Shown one piece after another: positions 56,907-64,000 of a stretch of 64,000 nucleotides of DNA (its first letter is position 1; every line of letters begins with the position of its first letter). The translations under genes were made by a program, and so were the position numbers. This DNA comes from a virus. The notes below the pieces were generated by a model. That model saw nothing but the letters and a program-made list of their open reading frames with translations, was not told the origin of the DNA and searched no databases. Where the stretch lies: positions 22,969-86,968 of IMG/VR virus record IMGVR_UViG_3300033153_010610; one strand, given 5' to 3'.

Positions 56907-59900
56907 ATGCCTAACGGAAACCTCGACCTGGTCAAGCTCCACTCGAATGAGCGGCTCGACATCCCTGACGCTCAGTCCATCGTGCGCAGCGTCCAGCGCC
57001 ACGCTCGAGCTTTGGTCAACAGCGCTGTCTCAGCGGCGGCTGTTCCCATCTCTGGCTTCACGGTAACCACTGCCACTCCAAACATCGTTGTCACGCGGAA
57101 CAGTGGTGCCTTCATCAGTTCTAACGACGATGACACTGCCCCATCTCCAGGCGGCCTTGGACAACTCTGCAACCAGGGGTCTACCTCTCAGAACGAGGAC
57201 ATGACTGCCAAAGGGGCCGGGACCTATCGTGTGTGGGTCAAATTCCAGGAAACAGAAGGGGATCAGGACAATCGAGCCTTCTGGGACCCGGGTACCACAC
57301 AGGAGTTCATCGATACGCCAAACACCCGCATCTTGGGTGGGTGGACCAAAGGGGCCTCTCTCGGAGCCGTTCCGTCTGGCACTGTCGAGTTAGCCCAGGT
57401 GTACTGGGATGGGGGTGGTGCCTTCAGTGCTCTCGTCGATACCCGCTCCGTCCTCTTTGAGGGACCTCTGGATGTTATTCAGTCATCGACTGGCCTTCCC
57501 GACTATAACCGGAACACAAACCGGAGCAGTAACCACCTGGCGACACTGCAAGAATTCGTCGAAGCTACTCTACGAGAAGTCCAGGACATCAAGTCGAACT
57601 TCGAGAACCGTGACGGCGCGAGCTCTGGGCACGCCTGGTTTACAGAGATTCCGAATGGGCTGTCGCTGAGGTCGGCTCCGTCGGTCATGTTCACGGTTGG
57701 AGATGGGACCACCAGCTTCGGCAACTTCAACATGACGGACGCTATCTACGTTGGTGATGCTGGCGCGTGCATCCAAGCCGCGTTGACGGCCCTGCCTGCT
57801 GCGGGCGGGACTATCGTCATCAAGCCAGGTCTCTACCCGATGGAGACTACGGTGGTGTTCCCCAACGCCAACGGCACGTTCAATATCATTGGGCACGGTC
57901 GGAACGCGACCCTTCTCACCTGGACGGCTGGCATCCCATCAGTCCCGATGTTCCAGGTCACAGCCGGCACAGCTCAGCCCATCGTGCATCTCGAGGGCAT
58001 GCGTTTGACCTATCCAGTGGGGGCTGCGCCAGCCACCTACGGCCTCGTGGTTACCATGTCGGGGTCCACCCCTGTTGGCGGTATTGCGGTTGAGCGAGTC
58101 TCGGTGCACGAGGTGGAATTCCTGGATGAGACCATCGGGACACACTCGGGAATCCAGGTCACTTCTGACGGTGGAGGACGGCAACTTCGCAGCCTGGAGG
58201 TGACCAGTTGTTCCTTTGAGAGCATGAACGCAGGGGTGGTCGCCTCGTTCATATCCGAAGCGTCATTGCTCTCGAACTGCATATTCCGAGACCACCGTGG
58301 ACCCATTGCTATCTCTGCGTCTGAGACACACAACTTCACTGTTGACGGGTGCAGGCTCGATGGTACCAACGCCGCGATCGTGCCGAAGTTGCGAGAGTCC
58401 CTAGCAGAGGGCACAACAATCCGTTCCTCGACTTTCCAGTTGTGTGGGATTGAAACTACCAGCAGTTCAGGAACCACCATCGAAGGATGTCTCATTGCCA
58501 CGACCACGGCGAATGAAGGCATCACCATCGACAGCGACAAAACGTCTGTAAATGGCTGCACGATTCGACGGCCATCTGGTGGTAGTGCAGACCCAGCCGT
58601 CTGGATCGGTAAGACGTCCTCGGCTAATGAGGTCCTCATCTCCAACTGCATCATCTCGAATGATGATGGTGGTGGGATCCTGTGCCAGGCGCCCATAGGA
58701 TTCTTCAACCACAACATCACCCTGTCCAATAACGTCCTCATCGAGGAGACCTACGGAGCTTCTTCAGCAGCGTCCTCAGGCATCCTGATTGAGCGAAGCC
58801 GGAATGTAGCCGTCACTGGGAACGTCATCAATCGAGTCGGTGATGTCGGGATTGACATCGGCTCCGCGACTGAGAACGTAGTGGTGTCCGGAAACCTCGT
58901 CATTGACGACGACTCCCAGGGTGGGAATGACGTTGCCGACCGGTCTCTACGAGAAGGTCTTCAAGTTAGGGTTGGGTCAAGTCGCGTGAATGTGACTGGC
59001 AACTCGTTCATCGGCTTAACTGAACTGGGCATGGGGATTGCGGCTGCAGAAGCTGTTGTGACTGGCAACTTGGTTGCTGACATCACGGGGGGTGTCGCTC
59101 AAGGTGGGGTCTCGTTGTCTGCAAACCGCATCAGTCTATCGAACACGACTATTCTGTCACCAACAGGCTATGGGATTGAAGTCTCAGGTGATGGGTGTCG
59201 AGTCTCAGGTGCGCTCATCTCGTCAAGTTCAGGACACGGGATTTCGGTGACCACTGCTGAGTGGTGTCAATTCTCAGACTGTTACATCAGCGGGACGGGG
59301 GCTGCAGGCGTTAACCTGATCGGCAAGGGAGAGGTGAACTCATTAACCAACATTCATCTGTCGAGCCCGGGAACTATTGGCTTCAACGTCAGCAATGAAG
59401 TTCAGATGGTTGGGTGTGTGGCGAATGATCCCGGGTCCGAAGCCCTGGTTACAGCCAACAACAGTCTCCTTCTCCTGACGAACTTCTACGCATCTGGACT
59501 CACCGCGGCTGGAGTGTCCAACAACGGTATCGACATCGGATCGGGGACGGTTCTTTCTGTACAGGGAGGCTACATCAAGGCACATCAGACTACTCCTTGT
59601 ACCGTCGCCTTCAACATCGGGACCACATGTTCAGGAAGTGTGTCTGGATTGTACATCTACGGGGATAGCTTGATGGCTATCGGAATGGCGGTGCTTGGAA
59701 ACGTCAAGGTGTCCGACTGCACCGTGAACTTCTGGGCGACCAACGGGTTCTCTGTGAATACAGACGATGGCCAACTGGTTGGGTGTACTGTTCTGGGTAG
59801 TCCTGTAGCAGGGGCCTTGTCATGCATTACATGTAGTGGCGCAGCCTCAATCATCGGTTGTCATGTAGAACCGGGTGCTGACACCATCATCGGAATCGCC

Positions 59901-60185
59901 TGCACCGGAGGAGTGAGACCGTCGCTAGTCACCGGGAATAGGATTGAACGGGGCGCAGGCGTGAACGTGGTCGTGATTGACATCGACAATTCAGCTGGTG
60001 CTGTCGTCACAAGCAATCGTTGCACCGGCGGAATTACCGGGACCATCGATCTGAATAGCCATAACGCGGGTAGTCTAGTAGTCGGGAACTTCCTGGGAGG
60101 CAATCCAGGTGGCGGTGGAGATGACCCTGCTATCGGGACTGGGGGTAATGACCTCCCCGCAACTATGTCGACGGTCAACAACTGA
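56907..60185 (+). CDS. Tailspike with right-handed parallel beta-helix (putative depolymerase)
   Basis: ACIQAALTALPAAGGTIVIKPGLY then many VTGN/ISNC/GI repeats. Confidence 0.8.
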   Translation: MPNGNLDLVKLHSNERLDIPDAQSIVRSVQRHARALVNSAVSAAAVPISGFTVTTATPNIVVTRNSGAFISSNDDDTAPSPGGLGQLCNQGSTSQNEDMTAKGAGTYRVWVKFQETEGDQDNRAFWDPGTTQEFIDTPNTRILGGWTKGASLGAVPSGTVELAQVYWDGGGAFSALVDTRSVLFEGPLDVIQSSTGLPDYNRNTNRSSNHLATLQEFVEATLREVQDIKSNFENRDGASSGHAWFTEIPNGLSLRSAPSVMFTVGDGTTSFGNFNMTDAIYVGDAGACIQAALTALPAAGGTIVIKPGLYPMETTVVFPNANGTFNIIGHGRNATLLTWTAGIPSVPMFQVTAGTAQPIVHLEGMRLTYPVGAAPATYGLVVTMSGSTPVGGIAVERVSVHEVEFLDETIGTHSGIQVTSDGGGRQLRSLEVTSCSFESMNAGVVASFISEASLLSNCIFRDHRGPIAISASETHNFTVDGCRLDGTNAAIVPKLRESLAEGTTIRSSTFQLCGIETTSSSGTTIEGCLIATTTANEGITIDSDKTSVNGCTIRRPSGGSADPAVWIGKTSSANEVLISNCIISNDDGGGILCQAPIGFFNHNITLSNNVLIEETYGASSAASSGILIERSRNVAVTGNVINRVGDVGIDIGSATENVVVSGNLVIDDDSQGGNDVADRSLREGLQVRVGSSRVNVTGNSFIGLTELGMGIAAAEAVVTGNLVADITGGVAQGGVSLSANRISLSNTTILSPTGYGIEVSGDGCRVSGALISSSSGHGISVTTAEWCQFSDCYISGTGAAGVNLIGKGEVNSLTNIHLSSPGTIGFNVSNEVQMVGCVANDPGSEALVTANNSLLLLTNFYASGLTAAGVSNNGIDIGSGTVLSVQGGYIKAHQTTPCTVAFNIGTTCSGSVSGLYIYGDSLMAIGMAVLGNVKVSDCTVNFWATNGFSVNTDDGQLVGCTVLGSPVAGALSCITCSGAASIIGCHVEPGADTIIGIACTGGVRPSLVTGNRIERGAGVNVVVIDIDNSAGAVVTSNRCTGGITGTIDLNSHNAGSLVVGNFLGGNPGGGGDDPAIGTGGNDLPATMSTVNN

Positions 60186-60505
60186 TGACCGAAGAACAAC
60201 CACCCAACGACGCTCGAGTCTCCCGCAACCAGATCATGCTGGTGAGCGGTCTCATCACGACGGTCGCTGCCGGTGTGGCGTTTTTCCTCATGGAACTGAA
60301 CAGCAGTTCCCTTGAGACGATAGACCGTCTCCATGCGGCAGAGATATCCCGGATCGAGACGCAGGTTGAGTCGCTCGAGCAGAGAGAGCGTGACGTCATG
60401 CAGAGGGCTGAAACGTACCACTCGGTACGCGTGCAGGAGCTCAAGGACATGTTCAACGGCGTCCAGGAGTCCCTGATGGTGTGCCTCCAGGGGGCTGACG
60501 AATGA
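60185..60505 (+). CDS. Single-TM coiled-coil membrane protein (possible holin/lysis accessory)
   Basis: IMLVSGLITTVAAGVAFFLM then coiled coil. Confidence 0.5.
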   Translation: MTEEQPPNDARVSRNQIMLVSGLITTVAAGVAFFLMELNSSSLETIDRLHAAEISRIETQVESLEQRERDVMQRAETYHSVRVQELKDMFNGVQESLMVCLQGADE

Positions 60506-61596
60506 CTCAAGTATGGCCCGTATCATCAGTGTGGCCCCCATCTGTAGGCGGCGGGGGAGGCGGCAGTCTGCTGGAGATCCCCGATTCTGGAGTCCTGTAC
60601 GACGACATCGTCACCCTCCAATCGACCCCTGGGTCGGCGGGCGGCGCGCGCGCGGTCCTCCTTATCAACGACACAGACTGGCGTTACGACGACACCTTGT
60701 TGCGGTGGATTTCGCCCGTCGCGTACGAACTGAGTTTGGCGGCGGGGGGCTTCGCACTCGAAGCTAGAATAAGTGGGACGGCGGACCCGGTCGCCGCCGA
60801 GGGCTGGACTAACGTAGGGGACCCGCCCGTTTACAATGTCCGCGGACGAATCAAACTGTTGAATTTCGTAGGGGCAACGTCTGCGCACTCGGTGGACGCC
60901 GGGGGGACGGTCTACGGACCCGTGACCGAAGCCAACGAGGAGACGGCCCTCGCGTCGCTTCAGACTCTAATCGAAGCCGGGGAGTCGGGGTCGTCTTGCA
61001 CAATCTGGGGCACCGGGGCTGAAGCCCGGATGGTAGTCGCGGCGGTCGACAGTCTCGTAGCGTCCACGAACACGGTAGTGCTGGGCGACGGGCTTCCGTC
61101 CCTCTGGTGTGGGGACGCGGCACACAATCAGTCCTACGTCCGGAGAACCGGGTGGAACTGGACTGCAACCGGAGCAGTCACCATTCATTGCGGGTGGATA
61201 GGCGTTGCGGAGACTTGGACCGGGTCGGGGGCTGCGGCTGCGGTGATTCAGGCTTATCCCGGGACTTCTTCCCCCATCGCCCTCGGCGTCGCCAATGAAC
61301 CCGCGGGGCTCCAATGGCGGGCCGTGGTGTCGTCGTTTAAGTATGGGGTCCATGAATGGGCGCCTATCACGCCCGGGCAACCCGAGTGGATAGAATGGGT
61401 GACGACCGTCGGGTGTGATATCGACGGGGGGACCTACGACACCGTAGCCGCTATCATCATGCGAAACGGGAAACTATGCGCGAACCTGGCAACCGCCGGT
61501 ACGTGCGTCACCACGGATTGGACGTACGTCGGTGTGGTAGGTGGGGACATTGAATCGTTCTACCGGGACATCACGTTCGGGTGGGTGAACCGGTGA
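60502..61596 (+). CDS. VWPP-family virion/adhesin protein 1
   Basis: N-terminal VWPVSSVWPP; central IEAGESGS module. Confidence 0.65.
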   Translation: MTQVWPVSSVWPPSVGGGGGGSLLEIPDSGVLYDDIVTLQSTPGSAGGARAVLLINDTDWRYDDTLLRWISPVAYELSLAAGGFALEARISGTADPVAAEGWTNVGDPPVYNVRGRIKLLNFVGATSAHSVDAGGTVYGPVTEANEETALASLQTLIEAGESGSSCTIWGTGAEARMVVAAVDSLVASTNTVVLGDGLPSLWCGDAAHNQSYVRRTGWNWTATGAVTIHCGWIGVAETWTGSGAAAAVIQAYPGTSSPIALGVANEPAGLQWRAVVSSFKYGVHEWAPITPGQPEWIEWVTTVGCDIDGGTYDTVAAIIMRNGKLCANLATAGTCVTTDWTYVGVVGGDIESFYRDITFGWVNR

Positions 61597-61952
61597 TTTT
61601 TGAACCCCAACGCGCGGCCTATGTCATCCGGTACCTGCGGCCCACCGTGGCGCAGATTGTGGTCGCGGTGGGGCTTCGGTTCGTGGGGAACCGACTCCGC
61701 TTTGTCGACACTGCAACGGGACATAGACACTCATTCAGGGTCGGGAACTTCATTCAGGACGAGTTAAATCACTTCGTAGCAGAGCGTACTGACGGGACTG
61801 ACGGTGAGCGAGTTAGGGTGCGTAGATTACGGCGCGAGGACTGGACCGACGTAGGGTGGATCATCGACCGGCCACACGACATTCGCACCCATGACGAAGC
61901 CTATGATGCATCTAGAGAGAGGTTGCGTGTACGTCACAACCTCGATGATTGA
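61593..61952 (+). CDS. Hypothetical partner protein (Arg/Asp-rich)
   Basis: GTGA overlap with the previous stop; MIFEPQRAAYV... Confidence 0.55.
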   Translation: MIFEPQRAAYVIRYLRPTVAQIVVAVGLRFVGNRLRFVDTATGHRHSFRVGNFIQDELNHFVAERTDGTDGERVRVRRLRREDWTDVGWIIDRPHDIRTHDEAYDASRERLRVRHNLDD

Positions 61953-61967
61953 TACGGAGACCGACCA

Positions 61968-62996
61968 ATGACAGCAGTACGTGTATGGCCTCCGAGTAGA
62001 GTGGCTCCCGTGGTAGGGGCTCCTAGCACGCCGCCCCTAACCCCCACCGCCTGGGCGTCGCGCGATGAGTCTACGCTCGCGGACGATGCCTACTTTCTAG
62101 ACAGTGCGGGGAAGCTGTACCAACAGAAGGCGAACACAGGGCCTGGTGGGTCCCGCCTGGTCGAAGCCAGAATGGCGGAGGCTGGTTGTGTGCCTCGCTA
62201 CTACTTCGACGGCACCCAGCTCCCGTCTGCCGTGTCGGGCGACTGGTCCGAGGTAACGGCAGGGTCGGGGGCAGTGGGGCTCCAATTCCCGTTCAAACTT
62301 GATAATTTTGTCGCCTTGACTTCGACGCACGCGGTCACGATAAACGGCACATCGTACCCAGTCACCGCGGGCGCGACAGAGGAGGCAACTTTTGCGCTGC
62401 TAGAAATCGATATTGAGGCAGGGGAGGCCGGCTCGGACCTGGTGATTTCGGGCACCGGGCCGGCGGCTTATGCCGTCATGATAGCAGGCGTGAACACCTA
62501 CGCGGCCGGAACCAATACCAGCATTAGCGCAGCGCAGCCACAGTGGATCCGCATCACGCACACCCCACTGTCGGCGGATGGCGGGTATCTACTTTGGACG
62601 CACGGGCTGACGGATCAGAGTTGGTACATCCGATTTCAGTTGCTGACCACGATCACTGGCGTTGCGGGGGCAGCGTGGCCAAGTTGCTGGATCGAGAACG
62701 ATACAGAGTTGGCCACGCTTGGCTGGGGAGGAGCAGCCGGCCTGTTCCGTAACTCACTGGGGACGCCAGTCGTGCAGACAGTTCTCACCGCAGCCACCGA
62801 GCGCCTAATAGAGGTAAGCTGGGATTACGCGGCGGACAATTTCGCCGCGTACGTTGACGGCGCGCCTGTCCTGACCAGTACCAACGACGGATTTGCTACC
62901 GCTGGGGCTCTCAAGAGGCTGATCCTGGGCGATGCCGCGTCTCTTGAGTCCGTCGGGACAACGCTAATCCGCGAACTGCTGGTGTGCCATGATTGA
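61968..62996 (+). CDS. VWPP-family virion/adhesin protein 2
   Basis: VWPPSRVAPVVG; IEAGEAGS module; lectin-like C-terminus (FAAYVDG). Confidence 0.7.
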   Translation: MTAVRVWPPSRVAPVVGAPSTPPLTPTAWASRDESTLADDAYFLDSAGKLYQQKANTGPGGSRLVEARMAEAGCVPRYYFDGTQLPSAVSGDWSEVTAGSGAVGLQFPFKLDNFVALTSTHAVTINGTSYPVTAGATEEATFALLEIDIEAGEAGSDLVISGTGPAAYAVMIAGVNTYAAGTNTSISAAQPQWIRITHTPLSADGGYLLWTHGLTDQSWYIRFQLLTTITGVAGAAWPSCWIENDTELATLGWGGAAGLFRNSLGTPVVQTVLTAATERLIEVSWDYAADNFAAYVDGAPVLTSTNDGFATAGALKRLILGDAASLESVGTTLIRELLVCHD

Positions 62997-63042
62997 GCAA
63001 GGGCAGCGCACCGTATACGTCACCCTCTCCAGGAGTCTCTGA
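62989..63042 (+). pseudogene. 17-codon relic/coupling mini-ORF
   Basis: MIEQGQRTVYVTLSRSL*, similar to the start of the 61593 ORF; overlaps the upstream stop and downstream ATG. Confidence 0.45.
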
Positions 63043-64000
63043 TGTCCGCAATCCAAGTATGGCCTCCGGGCGACGTGGCCCCGGTGGTAGGGGCGGCTGC
63101 TGTAACCGCAGTCTTCACCGCATTTTCGGAAATCGAGATCGCGGACAACGTAGGCAACACCCACGTTCGGACGACGGATGGGCGCGCCTACACGGTGGTA
63201 CAAGACGGCGCATACATCGTGGCGCTTCCGTATCATCTGGTAGCGGCGGGAGCGGTCATTGCCACCGCCATGGACGGCTACGCCCTGCCATCTACGGTGG
63301 ACGCCCTATGGTCGGAGAATGTGGTAGCAGGCGGCGTAGCGCCCTATCTGGAGGCTACTTACGCGCTCTCCGCTTTCGCCGCGGGTGTCTCCTCGCACAG
63401 TATCACCGTGAACGGAACGGCGTACCCAACGACCCCTGCGGGCGCGACAGAGCAGGCCACGCTCACGACTCTAAAGGGTCTAATAGAGGCCGGCGAAGCA
63501 GGCTCAACATTCGCCGTCACGGGTACCGGTGCAGCAGCACGCGGCGCACTAGCCGGCTCTGCGGTCATATCGCACGCAGCCACAACGAACGTCACCCAGT
63601 CAGACCCCTGGATAGTCTGCGATAGCGCGGCCAACGCCGCAGACGGCTCATTTTTATCCATGGCCCCAGCTGCGAGCCCTGTACATGGTACTGTGCATAT
63701 GTATCAGCGTGCGACGGCCATCTATGTGGCCACGCTGACGGGGACCGATGGCCACGGTATGGACCTGGCAACGGGGACCGGCGGGGGGCGATGGGTCCAG
63801 GCTTTTTGTAGCGCGAGCCCATACGCGTTCACGTCTAAATCTGCGGCAACGGTTGTAGAGTCGTATCCTGCGACGACACAGCGAGAAATTGAATTGATCG
63901 TGACGATAGCTGCGGCGGGGGGCGCGATAGACAACGGAAACGCGCACGATTCCGTCACGCTCCTAGTGGACGGGTGGCCACAACCGGCATGGCAGCTGGC
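63042..64000 (+). CDS. VWPP-family virion/adhesin protein 3 (runs off the window; missing from ORF track)
   Basis: AGGAG RBS at 63031; manual translation MSAIQVWPPGDVAPVVG...LIEAGEAGS..., open to 64000. Confidence 0.75.
   Translation, partial: MSAIQVWPPGDVAPVVGAAAVTAVFTAFSEIEIADNVGNTHVRTTDGRAYTVVQDGAYIVALPYHLVAAGAVIATAMDGYALPSTVDALWSENVVAGGVAPYLEATYALSAFAAGVSSHSITVNGTAYPTTPAGATEQATLTTLKGLIEAGEAGSTFAVTGTGAAARGALAGSAVISHAATTNVTQSDPWIVCDSAANAADGSFLSMAPAASPVHGTVHMYQRATAIYVATLTGTDGHGMDLATGTGGGRWVQAFCSASPYAFTSKSAATVVESYPATTQREIELIVTIAAAGGAIDNGNAHDSVTLLVDGWPQPAWQL

Larger units (their letters stand above)
1..64000. mobile_element. Tailed phage genome segment (contractile tail, SPO1/Twort-like virion module)
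   Basis: Terminase, portal, prohead protease, scaffold, MCP, neck, sheath, tube, tape measure, baseplate J and fibres in canonical order; no host housekeeping context or att/integrase seen. Confidence 0.95.

Noticed and set aside
62993-63625. ORF-track 210-aa Arg/Gly-rich ORF
   Set aside because: Wrong frame; the frame starting at 63042 has an RBS and clear paralogy
1-64000. Stop-codon reassignment, introns/inteins, tRNAs
   Set aside because: Core genes are intact under the standard code with all three stops used; no intein or homing-endonuclease motifs in TerL, portal or MCP; intergenic gaps are short with no tRNA signatures seen

Overview
This window is a 64 kb, densely coding, GC-rich segment of a tailed bacteriophage with a contractile tail. 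Its virion module (portal, protease, scaffold, capsid, neck, sheath, tube, hub, baseplate) resembles the SPO1/Twort (Herelleviridae-type) lineage in order and motifs. 1-8.8 kb is a leftward block of small accessory genes containing a nucleotide/DNA-modification cluster: SLOG, Nmad1/DUF1599, a Mom-like GNAT candidate, a C5 methyltransferase split over two overlapping frames, and MazG. It also holds a tandem HTH protein, a ParB-like protein and an XRE fusion. A symmetric divergent promoter lies at 8.8 kb. 8.9-13 kb runs rightward (SSB, N6-adenine methyltransferase, hypotheticals). GroES and the terminase large subunit form an inverted operon at 12.8-15.0 kb. 15.1-64 kb is the rightward morphogenesis region, ending in an unusually large set of fibre, spike and adhesin genes. 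The most notable observations are: (1) the dual-frame alpha/beta methyltransferase inside the modification cluster; (2) a 2346-aa fibre built from near-identical DNA repeats; (3) a tandem family of 'VWPP' anchor proteins with a partner gene and a relic coupling mini-ORF; (4) a non-canonical GACAA-N17-TAnnATTG promoter class; (5) a +1/-2 tail-chaperone frame junction. I saw no tRNA, CRISPR array, integrase, transposase, reverse transcriptase or DNA polymerase. All calls come from motif recognition by eye, not database searches.
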